From NCBI GenBank assembly GCA_947630785.1, contig CANRIW010000007.1, positions 18-64,017 of the forward strand: 64,000 bases of DNA, given 5' to 3'. A program made the translations under genes and the position numbers. Each line of letters starts with the position of its first letter. The stretch's first letter is position 1. The DNA is from an uncultured Oscillospiraceae bacterium. GTDB taxonomy: Bacteria > Bacillota > Clostridia > Oscillospirales > Oscillospiraceae. Below the pieces are notes generated by a model. It ran no database searches, was not told where the DNA came from, and saw only the letters and a program-made list of their open reading frames with translations. Shown piece by piece: positions 17,202 through 26,856 of the stretch.

Positions 17202-20200
17202 ATGAAAAGGATTCGACTGCTAAGCCTCGCGCTGGCCGCGCTGCTGCTGGCGCCGCTCTGCCGTACCGCCCGGGCGGCGGGACCGGCGGGGGAACAGCCG
17301 GACGTCCTCCGGGTGGGCTTTTTCGCCTTCTCCGGCTACCATATCATCGAGGAGGACGGCCGCCGCGACGGCTACGGCTATGAGTTCCTCCAGCGGCTGG
17401 CCATCCACGGCGGCTGGTCCTATGAGTACGTGGGCTATGAGGGCTCCTACGCCGACGCCCTGGACATGCTGCGCAGCGGCCAGGTGGATATCGTCACCTC
17501 TGTGTCCAAGACGCCCGAGCGGGAGGAGGAGTTCCTCTTCTCCGCCCAGGACATCGGCGTCAACTCCACCATCTTCACCGTGAAGGCGGGCAACCAGGAG
17601 ATCGTGGAGGGGGACTACGCCACCTATGAAGGCATCACTGTGGGGATGCTGGAGGGCAACTCCAAGAACGCCAATTTTGAGCGCTTCGCCCTGCAGCACG
17701 GCTTTACATACCACCCCGTGTATTTCGCCGGCCAGGACGAGCTCACCGCCGCCCTCCAGAGCGGAGCGGTGGATGCCGCCGTCACCGGCAGCCTGCGGCT
17801 GCTGGAAAACGAGTGGCTGCTCGACTCCTTTGACGCCAGCCCCTTCTACATCTGTACCCGGAAGGACCGGGCGGACCTGATGGCCCGGATCGACGAGGCC
17901 ATCAACGAGATGGACCTTCACGACCCCAACTGGCGGGACGTCCTCCACGAGAAGTATTACGCCACTGACCAGAGCGGTTCCATCATCATGAACGCCGGGG
18001 AACGGGCTTTTCTGGAGGAGCGCCAGGCCTCCGGCGAGCCCCTTCGGCTGCTGATCAATCCGGACCGGGCCCCCTACTGCTACTTTGAGAACGGCCAGGC
18101 CCGGGGCATCCTCCCCGCCATTTTTGACCGGCTGGCCCGGCAGCTGGGGCTGACCTATGAATTTGTCCCGGTGAAGGACCGGGACGAGTACTACGCCCTG
18201 CGCGCGGAGGGGGCGGCGGACGTGGTGCTGGACTTCGCCGGCGACTACTATATGGCCGAGGAGGAGGGCTACAAGATCACGGTGCCCTATTTCCACACCA
18301 CCTTCGCCCGGGTGACCCTGGACGGCTTCACCGGCGAGGTGGAGCGGGTGGCGGCCATGGAGCGGGCCGATGCCATCAATAACTACATCGCCAGCCGCTA
18401 CCCGGAGGAGGCGCTGGTCCGGTATTCCAACTCGGAGGACTGTGTCCGGGCGGTGCTGGACGGCGAGGTCGACGCCACCTTCCTCTACGCCTACGCCGCC
18501 GAGCAGTACGTCCAGCAGGACGCCCGCAACCGGCTGACCTCCGTGGTCTTCGGCGATACCTCCATGGCCTATGCCGTGGGCAGCGGCGTCCCCGGTGGCC
18601 GCTACCTGCTCTCCCTGCTGGACAAGGGGGCGGACAGCTTTACCGAGGCGGAGCTGGACGCCATCACGGCCCGGGAGGTGGACGCCGGGACCCGCACCGA
18701 TATGACCCTGGTCGCTTTCCTTTACCGGAATCCGATCTACAGCGTACTGGGGGTGATCCTGGTCCTCCTGCTCCTCTTCGCTCTGGCCATGCTGGCGGTG
18801 CGCTCCCGCAACCAGCGGCAGCTGAAGAAAAAGATCGCCCTGGCCACCGGCGAGCTGGAGGCCAAGACGGAGGAGCTGTCCCGGGCCCTCCAGGCGGCGG
18901 ACGCCGCCAACCGGGCCAAGACCACTTTTCTGAACAATATGTCCCATGACATCCGCACGCCGATGAACGCCATCATCGGATATACGGCGCTGACCACCAC
19001 CCATCTGGACAACCGGGAGCGGGCTCAGGATTACCTGGCCAAGATCGCCCAGGCGTCCAACCATCTGCTGAGCCTCATCAACGACGTGCTGGACATGAGC
19101 CGCATCGAGTCGGGCAAGGTCACCGTCAACGAGCGCCCCGAAAACCTGGCGGACATCCTCCAGAGCCTCAGGAACATCATCCAGTCCGATATCCATGCCA
19201 AGCGCCTGGAGCTGTTCATCGATACCGTGGATGTGGCGGACGAGGAGGTGTACTGTGACAAACTGCGGCTCAACCAGATCCTGCTGAACCTGACCTCCAA
19301 CGCCATCAAATTCACCCCGGCGGGGGGCACGGTAGCCATCCGGGTCACCCAAAAGCCCGCCCGGAACCCCAGGCGCGGCCTCTATGAGTTCCGGGTCAGC
19401 GACACCGGCATCGGCATGAGCCCGGAGTTCGCGAAGACCGTCTTTGACCCCTTTACCCGGGAGCAGACCTCCACTGTCAGCGGCATCCAGGGCACCGGCC
19501 TGGGGATGGCCATCACCAAGAACATCGTGGACATGATGGGCGGCACGATCTCTGTGGAGAGCGAGCCGGGGAAGGGCACCGCCTTCACCGTGAACCTGGA
19601 GCTGCGCTTCTCCGCCGCCCGCCAGGAGATGGGCCCCATCGCGGAGCTGAAGGGTTTCCGGGGCCTGGTGGTGGACGACGACATGGTCTGCTGCCAGAGC
19701 GTGTCCAAGATGCTCCGGGAGATCGGCATGAGGGCTGAGTGGGCCCTGTCCGGCAAGGAGGCCATTGCCCGCACCGTGGAGGCTGAGGAGCTCACCGACC
19801 CCTTTGAGGTCTATATCGTGGACTGGTCCATGCCTGAGCTCAGCGGCGTCGAGACCGTCCGGGAGATCCGCAGGATCGCGGGGCACGATTCCCCGATCAT
19901 CCTCATGTCCGCCTATGATTGGACGGATATCGAGCAGGAGGCCCGCCGGGCCGGCGTCACCGGCTTTATCAGCAAGCCCCTGTTCGCATCCGATCTCCAC
20001 CACACCCTGGAGCGGAGCCTGGGCCGGACTTCGGAGGACGTCCCCGCGGAAAAGCGGGTCCTCCCGCGGGAGTCCGGCTTTGCCGGCAGGCGTATCCTGC
20101 TGGCGGAGGACAACGAGCTCAACCGGGAGATCGCCACCGAGATCCTGGGAGAGGCCGGCTTCCTGATGGAGTGCGCCGAAAACGGCCAACAGGCCGTGGA

Positions 20201-20471
20201 CATGGTCCGCGCGTCCCAGCCGGGGTACTATGATCTGGTCCTGATGGATATTCAGATGCCTATTATGGACGGCTATGACGCCACCCGCGCCATCCGCGCC
20301 ATGGACAACCCGGCGCTGGCCTCCCTGCCCATCATCGCCATGACCGCCAACGCCTTCGAGGAGGACCGGGAGCGGGCCATGGAGGCGGGGATGAACGGCC
20401 ATTTGGCCAAACCCATCGATTTGGAGCGGATGATGGCCCTTCTGCGGGGGCTGTTCGGCGGGGAGGGCTGA
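17202..20471 (+). CDS. Hybrid sensor histidine kinase with two periplasmic solute-binding (SBP_bac_3-like) domains, HisKA/HATPase and two receiver domains
   Basis: Start at MKRIRLLSLALAALLL (signal/TM, GGAGGA RBS). Two about 230-aa Venus-flytrap-like repeats, a TM helix, H-box SHDIRTPMNAI, G-boxes, then two REC domains (DWSMP and LMDIQMP acceptor Asp contexts). Confidence 0.85.
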   Translation: MKRIRLLSLALAALLLAPLCRTARAAGPAGEQPDVLRVGFFAFSGYHIIEEDGRRDGYGYEFLQRLAIHGGWSYEYVGYEGSYADALDMLRSGQVDIVTSVSKTPEREEEFLFSAQDIGVNSTIFTVKAGNQEIVEGDYATYEGITVGMLEGNSKNANFERFALQHGFTYHPVYFAGQDELTAALQSGAVDAAVTGSLRLLENEWLLDSFDASPFYICTRKDRADLMARIDEAINEMDLHDPNWRDVLHEKYYATDQSGSIIMNAGERAFLEERQASGEPLRLLINPDRAPYCYFENGQARGILPAIFDRLARQLGLTYEFVPVKDRDEYYALRAEGAADVVLDFAGDYYMAEEEGYKITVPYFHTTFARVTLDGFTGEVERVAAMERADAINNYIASRYPEEALVRYSNSEDCVRAVLDGEVDATFLYAYAAEQYVQQDARNRLTSVVFGDTSMAYAVGSGVPGGRYLLSLLDKGADSFTEAELDAITAREVDAGTRTDMTLVAFLYRNPIYSVLGVILVLLLLFALAMLAVRSRNQRQLKKKIALATGELEAKTEELSRALQAADAANRAKTTFLNNMSHDIRTPMNAIIGYTALTTTHLDNRERAQDYLAKIAQASNHLLSLINDVLDMSRIESGKVTVNERPENLADILQSLRNIIQSDIHAKRLELFIDTVDVADEEVYCDKLRLNQILLNLTSNAIKFTPAGGTVAIRVTQKPARNPRRGLYEFRVSDTGIGMSPEFAKTVFDPFTREQTSTVSGIQGTGLGMAITKNIVDMMGGTISVESEPGKGTAFTVNLELRFSAARQEMGPIAELKGFRGLVVDDDMVCCQSVSKMLREIGMRAEWALSGKEAIARTVEAEELTDPFEVYIVDWSMPELSGVETVREIRRIAGHDSPIILMSAYDWTDIEQEARRAGVTGFISKPLFASDLHHTLERSLGRTSEDVPAEKRVLPRESGFAGRRILLAEDNELNREIATEILGEAGFLMECAENGQQAVDMVRASQPGYYDLVLMDIQMPIMDGYDATRAIRAMDNPALASLPIIAMTANAFEEDRERAMEAGMNGHLAKPIDLERMMALLRGLFGGEG

Positions 20472-20504
20472 CTCCTCCGCTGACGGCCCGCCGGCCGGGC
20501 CCGG

Positions 20505-21788
20505 TCAGGCCCGGTACGCCGTGTAGACGCCGCGGCGGGTGTAGTCGGCGGCGGGGAGGAAATATCCCTCCGGCAGAGCGGTGACCGGCGCCTCCGGCTT
20601 CGCGCCCTTTTCCAGCAGCCCCTGCTCCGCGCACCACTCCATGGCGCCGGAGTAGGGGTGGGCCCGCTTGCCGGTCCGGCGGATCGCCGCCCAGCGGCGG
20701 TCCATGGCCTCCGCCCTGGGGCACAGGAGCATGGCCAGCTCCCCCTGGGTCATGGGCGCGTCCAGCCGCAGGAGGTTGTCGGAGTAGACGACGGCCCGCT
20801 CCTTCTGCAGACCGGCCAGCTTTTCAAAGAGAGGGTCGTCCCTGCCCAGGTCGGCAAAGGGGCTCTCCTTCACCAGCTCCTGGGCCGTGACCACCTGGTA
20901 GCCGTATTCCCGCAGCAGCTCCAGCTGCTTGCGCAGCCCGAAGGCCACCGGGGTGCGTTTGGCCATATTGTAGCCGTCCTTTTGGAAGATGATCTGGCCG
21001 CGGAAGAAGTCCGGGTCCTGCTCCAGCGCCCTGCGCATGGGCTCCACCATGGCGTTGACCTCGGCCTCCAGGGCGGCGTCCGGGTCGGTGAGGACGGAGG
21101 GCAGCCAGCCCGCCCCGTCGAAAGAGGCGGCCAGATATTGGTATCCCATGCGGTCGCACACATCGTAGCTAGTGAAGCCGTCCTGCATCTGGTCCACATA
21201 GTGGGGCGGGCGGTGCATGGTCAGCTGATAGCCGTACCGCTCCCGCATGAGCCTGTCCAGCTTTTGCAGGTCCTCCACGGCCTTGTCCACCGTTCCCAGG
21301 TACACCCGTCTGCCGTAGACAAAGGGCTTTTTGCCGAAGATGATGTGGCGGTAGCCGTGGCTGGTGATCTGGTGGCCCTCGTCCAGCATCCGGCGGATGA
21401 GCCGGTCGTTGTGGACCGCGCCGCCCCTGTCGTCCCTGTGGATGTCGGGGTAGTGGTCGTACCGGACGCCGCCCCATGCGGCGCTGCCCAGCTTGCCGGC
21501 CTCGTCGGGATAATTTTCGCCGGTGTCGCCCACCACGTCGAAGGTGCCCTTGGCGCCGAACTCCGCCAGAGTATCCAGCAGCACGTCGGTCAGGGACCTG
21601 CCCCCGAACCGGTCCGGGGAGGCGGGAAGGTCCATGGGGCCGTCGTCAAAGGTCATGGCGCAGATGCGGCGGGAGGTCTTGATCTGCTCCAGCCGGCGGG
21701 TATAGCTCAGACTGGGGACCGCGGGCGGGAGGATGTACTTTTTCAAAAACTGTTTGCCCTTTTTGCCGATCTTTACAATGAGGGACAT
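20505..21788 (-). CDS. Polysaccharide deacetylase (NodB homology domain) family protein, apparently cytoplasmic
   Basis: Start at MSLIVKIG. MTFDDGP and SHGYRH motifs. No obvious signal peptide. 5-nt gap to the upstream PHP gene. Confidence 0.75.
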   Translation of the reverse strand: MSLIVKIGKKGKQFLKKYILPPAVPSLSYTRRLEQIKTSRRICAMTFDDGPMDLPASPDRFGGRSLTDVLLDTLAEFGAKGTFDVVGDTGENYPDEAGKLGSAAWGGVRYDHYPDIHRDDRGGAVHNDRLIRRMLDEGHQITSHGYRHIIFGKKPFVYGRRVYLGTVDKAVEDLQKLDRLMRERYGYQLTMHRPPHYVDQMQDGFTSYDVCDRMGYQYLAASFDGAGWLPSVLTDPDAALEAEVNAMVEPMRRALEQDPDFFRGQIIFQKDGYNMAKRTPVAFGLRKQLELLREYGYQVVTAQELVKESPFADLGRDDPLFEKLAGLQKERAVVYSDNLLRLDAPMTQGELAMLLCPRAEAMDRRWAAIRRTGKRAHPYSGAMEWCAEQGLLEKGAKPEAPVTALPEGYFLPAADYTRRGVYTAYRA

Positions 21789-21793
21789 GTTCT

Positions 21794-22510
21794 TCAACTC
21801 CTGTCTATAAGGTCCCGGGCGCAGCACTTCAGCGCGAACAGCGCCCATTTCAGATACGAGGCCGGGGAGGCCCCGTTTTTTTTGCGCTTTGTCAGCTGGC
21901 TGGCGGCCACGTACCGGGCGGGGCTACGCCGTCCGAAGGGGCGGGCGTCTCCCGTCAGCAGAGCGGCCCTGACAGCCTCCAATGTGAGGGACTCCGCCTC
22001 TACGGCCACATAGCCCGCGCCCACCTCCTGAGGGACGTGGGCGTCGCTGCCGGCAAAGGGCCGCAGCCCGTGGGCGCCGGCAAAGGCCGCCGCCATGGCG
22101 TTGGCAGACCGGTTTTTCCGCTCCGCCCGGCTGTTCCAGACCTCCACGCCGTCCAGATATGGGACCAGAGGTTCCAGCTCTCCGGCCTCCCTGCGGTGCT
22201 CAAAGGGGTGGGCCAGCACCGCCAGCCCTCCCTGGGCGTGGATGGCTACCGCCGCCGCCTGAAAATCCCTGGTCTCGATGGGCCCGGTGACGAACAGGCC
22301 CAGCAGATGCCCGCGGTCGGTGGAGACTTCGACCCCGGGGATCAGCAGGAGGCCGGGGAACGAGGGCGGGTCGGTCAGGGGCAGATCGTGGTCGCAGACG
22401 GCCACTCCCTGGAGCCCAACTTCCCTGGCTCGGGCGGCGATCTTCTCCAGGGTCATGCGCCCGTCGGGCGAGCGGCAGGAGTGGATGTGCAGATCCAGTT
22501 TCAGCTCCAT
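21794..22510 (-). CDS. PHP-domain metal-dependent phosphoesterase
   Basis: 238 aa. DLHIHSCRSPDG N-terminal His motif, plus VCDHD and GSDAH. GGAGG RBS overlapping the upstream stop. Confidence 0.8.
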   Translation of the reverse strand: MELKLDLHIHSCRSPDGRMTLEKIAARAREVGLQGVAVCDHDLPLTDPPSFPGLLLIPGVEVSTDRGHLLGLFVTGPIETRDFQAAAVAIHAQGGLAVLAHPFEHRREAGELEPLVPYLDGVEVWNSRAERKNRSANAMAAAFAGAHGLRPFAGSDAHVPQEVGAGYVAVEAESLTLEAVRAALLTGDARPFGRRSPARYVAASQLTKRKKNGASPASYLKWALFALKCCARDLIDRS

Positions 22511-22512
22511 GG

Positions 22513-23619
22513 CTACCTCCTCAGCAGGGTGTTCCGAAGATACCGGCGCAGAGGGGCCGGATCGTCCTTTGCCGCCAGAGCCTCTCTGGCCCGGAAGAGG
22601 TCGGCCGCGCCGCCCAGGAGCATCCCCGGCCTCCCGTGGCGGAGATAGTCCAGGCAGGCGGCGGCGTCGTTGAGGGTGAAGCGCATCCGGACGCCTGTCT
22701 CATAGTCCCGGGGAACATAGGTCACCGCTTCGCCCGCGGCGGCCTGGGCATAGCGGACCGCCAGAGGGCTCCCGGCGCAGTCCGTCATGGGAAAACTGCC
22801 CCAGATGCGGGGGTTGACCTCCAATACGCGGCCCCCCTTGAATTCCACCATGGCCAGACCGGTGAAACGGAAGGACTGGAGGAGCCGGGCGGCCGTGTCG
22901 ATCATGGCCTCGTCGTAAAAACTCTCGCAGCAGGTGGAGGGCCCGCCGGAGGCGGGGTACTCCCGGATGCGCCGGTGGCAGATGGCGCCGATGAGGCGGC
23001 TGTCCCGGTCCAGCAGCAGGCTGGCGCCGGCGCCGTCCCCGTCTATCTTTTCCTGGACCAGCGGGGTGGGGTCCCAGCGCTCCATGGCCGCCAGATGCCG
23101 CTCGTACTCCGCCCGGTTTCGGGCCACGGCGTAGCGGTCTTTGGCTTTCAGACCGAATTTTTCCCCGCATCGGGGCTTGATTACCACCGGGTAGGCGTCC
23201 GGCGCGCCCTGGTACTGCCGGGGCACGGGGATGCCCAGCTCCTCGCAGCGGCGGTGGACGGCCTCCTTGTCATTGAGCTGGTCCAGAACGGCGGGAGGGG
23301 CGATGAGAAAGTCGCAGACGGCGGAAAAGGCGTCCCGCCGGGCGGCGACCACATTCAGGGTGGCCGCGCCGCCGCACAGGAGGATCGGGCGGCCGAATTC
23401 CTCCAGCAGGGCCATCAGGCGCCCGGGATAGTCACCATCGGCCGCCGAACCGTCGATCCAGCGGGTCTCGGACACAAAGCGGGAGGTGAACACTGGCGGC
23501 GTCAGAGGGCTGTCCACTCTGGTCTGGACGGCCGCCACCCTGTAACCGGCGCGGCCCAGCGCCCGTGCCGCCGCTACGGTGGCGCGGTATTTTCCATCTG
23601 TGATGACAACTGTCCTCAT
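22513..23619 (-). CDS. ATP-grasp domain carboxylate-amine ligase-like protein
   Basis: 368 aa. A pre-ATP-grasp Rossmann-like N-terminus, then VVIKPR..., EKIDG and MVEFK...LEVNPR motifs typical of the ATP-grasp fold. Confidence 0.8.
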   Translation of the reverse strand: MRTVVITDGKYRATVAAARALGRAGYRVAAVQTRVDSPLTPPVFTSRFVSETRWIDGSAADGDYPGRLMALLEEFGRPILLCGGAATLNVVAARRDAFSAVCDFLIAPPAVLDQLNDKEAVHRRCEELGIPVPRQYQGAPDAYPVVIKPRCGEKFGLKAKDRYAVARNRAEYERHLAAMERWDPTPLVQEKIDGDGAGASLLLDRDSRLIGAICHRRIREYPASGGPSTCCESFYDEAMIDTAARLLQSFRFTGLAMVEFKGGRVLEVNPRIWGSFPMTDCAGSPLAVRYAQAAAGEAVTYVPRDYETGVRMRFTLNDAAACLDYLRHGRPGMLLGGAADLFRAREALAAKDDPAPLRRYLRNTLLRR

Positions 23620-23802
23620 AGCGCTCCCGGCCCTCTCAATGTGATGCTATATACAAAAATTATATCATGGATCGGATCCCGGCGCAATAGGGCAGGCCGC
23701 CGGCAGGCCGGCACGATCTCAGAAAGCGCCGATTTTTATCTTCCTATTTCTGAAAAAGTGTGCTACAATAAATTGAACTATTATGACCTGGAGGCGGTTT
23801 TC

Positions 23803-24351
23803 ATGGATCTGAACGAAAAGACCCTCACCAGCAGGCTGGTGTACGACGGCGGCCTGCTGAAGGTATACTACGACACGGTGGAGCTGGTCAACGGCAGGAC
23901 CTCCTGGCGGGAGGTCATCCGCCACCCCGGCGCGGTGGTGATGGTCCCCGTGGACGACGAGGGGAACGTCTATCTGGAGCGGCAGTTCCGCTACCCCTAC
24001 GACCGGGTCATCATCGAAGTGCCGGCCGGGAAACTGGAGTGGGGGGAGGACCCCGACGACGCCTGCAGGCGGGAACTGAAAGAGGAGATCGGCGCGGAGG
24101 CATCCCGCTGGGACAGCGCGGGGGAGATGCTGCCCACCCCCGGCTACTGCGACGAGCTCCAGCACGTATATCTGGCCCGGGGGCTCACCTTCGGGGACAG
24201 GCATCTGGACGAGGACGAGTTCCTGGACGTATTCAAGGTGCCCTTTGAGGAGGCGCTGGACATGGCCGCCGACGGGCGCATCCAGGACTGCAAGACCATC
24301 GCCGCCCTGTACCGGGCGGAGCGGATCATGAGGAGGGAACGGGATGGCTAA
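23803..24351 (+). CDS. nudF: ADP-ribose pyrophosphatase (Nudix hydrolase)
   Basis: Start at MDLNEKTL (GGAGG RBS). Nudix box GKLEWGEDPDDACRRELKEEIGA. Overall resemblance to Bacillus NudF. Confidence 0.8.
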   Translation: MDLNEKTLTSRLVYDGGLLKVYYDTVELVNGRTSWREVIRHPGAVVMVPVDDEGNVYLERQFRYPYDRVIIEVPAGKLEWGEDPDDACRRELKEEIGAEASRWDSAGEMLPTPGYCDELQHVYLARGLTFGDRHLDEDEFLDVFKVPFEEALDMAADGRIQDCKTIAALYRAERIMRRERDG

Positions 24352-25045
24352 AAAGATCCTGATCGTGGAGGACGAGCGCAACATCGTGGACATCCTGGCC
24401 TTCAATCTGGCCAGGGAGGGGTACAGCACCCTGGAGGCTCTGGACGGGGCCCTGGGGCTCCAGCTGGCCATGGAGAAGGACCCCGACCTGATCCTGCTGG
24501 ACCTGATGCTGCCCAAGATGGACGGCTTCGAGGTCTGCCGCCGCCTGCGGGAGGCGGGGAAGGCAACCCCCATCATCATGCTCACCGCCCGGGAGGAGGA
24601 GACCGACAAGGTGCTGGGCCTGGAGCTGGGCGCGGACGACTATATCACCAAGCCCTTCTCCATGCGGGAACTGCTGGCAAGAGTCAAAAGCAACATCCGC
24701 CGCACCGAGATGACCGCTCAGCCCGCCGCGAATCCCAACCAGATGGAGATCGGCCGGCTGCGGATCGACCTGGACGCCATGATGGTGTACAAGGACGGCG
24801 CGCCTGTGGATCTGACCCAGCGGGAGTACGAACTGGTGCGGCTGCTGGCCTCCAGGCCGGGGCAGGTGTTCTCCCGGGAGCTGCTGATGGAAAAGGTATG
24901 GAACTACGAGGGCTATGTGGGCGACGTCCGGGCCGTGGACGTGGCCATCCGCCGCCTCCGCGAAAAGCTGGAGGACGACCCTGCCGCGCCGGAGTTCGTC
25001 CTGACCCGCCGGGGCCTGGGCTACGCGTTCCGGCAGCCCGGATGA
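24344..25045 (+). CDS. OmpR-family response regulator, WalR/YycF-like
   Basis: 233 aa. REC (DLILLDLMLPKMDG) plus a winged-helix Trans_reg_C domain. 8-nt overlap with nudF. Confidence 0.9.
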   Translation: MAKKILIVEDERNIVDILAFNLAREGYSTLEALDGALGLQLAMEKDPDLILLDLMLPKMDGFEVCRRLREAGKATPIIMLTAREEETDKVLGLELGADDYITKPFSMRELLARVKSNIRRTEMTAQPAANPNQMEIGRLRIDLDAMMVYKDGAPVDLTQREYELVRLLASRPGQVFSRELLMEKVWNYEGYVGDVRAVDVAIRRLREKLEDDPAAPEFVLTRRGLGYAFRQPG

Positions 25046-25068
25046 TCTGAACGAAAGGGGGCGCGCCC

Positions 25069-26856
25069 ATGCGCCGCAGCCTGCACTTGAAACTGATGCT
25101 CATCATGGTGCTGCTCATCGTGTCGCTGATGGTGGTGGTGGGCGCGTTCCTGATGAACTCCGTCACAAGATATTATATCGACGATTTCTATGAGCAGATG
25201 GCCGCCGCCTTCGGACAGGACAACGTGGACTTCATTCGGGATCTCCAGAGGCCCACCAAAGACGAGACCGACGGCGCCGCCATGGTGGAGGCCGTTCTGC
25301 GGGCCTACGGGGGTACCCTGGGCGTGGACGGCCGAAACCGCAACTACTATGTGCTGGACGGGACCAACGGCAGGTATCTGGCGGGCTCCGCTCCCCAGCC
25401 GGAGGGCGGTCTGGCCATCACCCCCAACATCACCACCGCGCTGCTGGGGGAGCCGGGCTATGACAGCAGCGCCGCCGCCGACTACATGGACGCCGCTATC
25501 CCCATCACCCGTGGCGGGCAGAGGTACATCGTCTATATCCTGGACAACCGGGCCACCGCCCGCTCTCTGAACGGGGAGATGTTCTCCCTGATTCTGGAGG
25601 CGCTGGTGCTGGGCCTGGTCATCTCAGTGCTGCTGTCCTTCCTGCTGTCCAAGACCATGGTGGCCCCCCTCCAGCGGCTCACCGACGCCATCGAGGATGT
25701 GGCCGAGGGGGACTTCTCCAGGAAGCTGGAGGTCACCAGCGGCGATGAGATCGGCCAGCTCACCGAGAGCTTCAACGCCATGGCCGGCCAGCTCCAGACC
25801 ACCATCGCCGCGGTGGAGAACGAACGCAACAAGCTGGACACCCTGTTCCTTCACATGGCCGACGGCGTGGTGGCCTTCGACCGGGAGGAGCGGGTCATCC
25901 ACTCCAACCCCGCCGCCGCCCAGCTGCTGGGGCGGGAGTTCACCGATCAGGACAGCTACGGCCCCCTGTTCGGCGACCTGTTCCCCTTCCGCGAGGTGGA
26001 GGGCGCCGCCAGCCATCTGGCCGCAGAGCGCACGGTGGGTGGCCGGTATCTGGAGCTGCTCCTTGCCCCCTTCGCCCGGGCCAATCAGGGCGGCGTGCTG
26101 GTGCTCATCCACGACGTCACCGCGCAGCGCACCGCCGAGCAGACCCGGAAGGACTTTGTGGCCAACGTGTCCCACGAGCTGCGCACCCCGCTCACCAACA
26201 TCAAGAGCTATGCCGAGACCCTGTCCGACGGGGTGGGCGACCTGCCCCCGGAGATGGAGCGGCGGTTTTTGGGGGTCATCCTCAATGAGTCTGACCGGAT
26301 GATCCACATCCTCCAGGACCTGCTCACCCTGTCCCGGTTCGATTCGGGCCGGAGCGAGCTGCGGCTGACCCGGTTCCCCTTCGGCAAGGCGGTGGACGAC
26401 ACCTATCAGGCCATCCGGCTGGACGCCCAGAACCACGCCCACCAGCTGATCCTGGACTTGTCGGAGGACTTGCCTGAGATCGTGGCCGACCGGGAGCGGG
26501 TGGTCCAGGTGATGATGAACATCCTGTCCAACTCCATCAAGTACACCCCCAACGGCGGGCGCATCGTCATCTCCGCCGGCCGGGAGGGGGACCGGGTGTG
26601 GATGCAGGTGGACGACAACGGCATCGGCATCCCCGAGGCCGACCGGGGGCACATCTTTGAGCGGTTCTACCGGGTGGACAAGGCCCGTTCCCGCCAGTCC
26701 GGCGGCACGGGGCTGGGGTTGTCCATCGCCCGGGAGATCATGAACCAGCACGAGGGCGCTATTTACCTGGTGGACAAGGAGACGCCCGGCCTGACCGTAC
26801 GGATGGAGCTGCCCATCGGCGGCCCCAAAAGGGTGAGACAAAATGAGGAACGCTGA
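25069..26856 (+). CDS. Sensor histidine kinase, WalK/YycG-like (TM-extracellular-TM, HAMP, PAS, HisKA, HATPase)
   Basis: 595 aa. H-box SHELRTPLTNI. N/G boxes NSIKYTPNGG and GTGLGLSIA. Confidence 0.85.
   Translation: MRRSLHLKLMLIMVLLIVSLMVVVGAFLMNSVTRYYIDDFYEQMAAAFGQDNVDFIRDLQRPTKDETDGAAMVEAVLRAYGGTLGVDGRNRNYYVLDGTNGRYLAGSAPQPEGGLAITPNITTALLGEPGYDSSAAADYMDAAIPITRGGQRYIVYILDNRATARSLNGEMFSLILEALVLGLVISVLLSFLLSKTMVAPLQRLTDAIEDVAEGDFSRKLEVTSGDEIGQLTESFNAMAGQLQTTIAAVENERNKLDTLFLHMADGVVAFDREERVIHSNPAAAQLLGREFTDQDSYGPLFGDLFPFREVEGAASHLAAERTVGGRYLELLLAPFARANQGGVLVLIHDVTAQRTAEQTRKDFVANVSHELRTPLTNIKSYAETLSDGVGDLPPEMERRFLGVILNESDRMIHILQDLLTLSRFDSGRSELRLTRFPFGKAVDDTYQAIRLDAQNHAHQLILDLSEDLPEIVADRERVVQVMMNILSNSIKYTPNGGRIVISAGREGDRVWMQVDDNGIGIPEADRGHIFERFYRVDKARSRQSGGTGLGLSIAREIMNQHEGAIYLVDKETPGLTVRMELPIGGPKRVRQNEER

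Noticed and set aside
17220-20402. 1060-aa minus-strand ORF antisense to the hybrid histidine kinase
   Set aside because: It is a shadow ORF with no motifs and no RBS. The plus-strand gene has unambiguous HisKA, HATPase and REC motifs.
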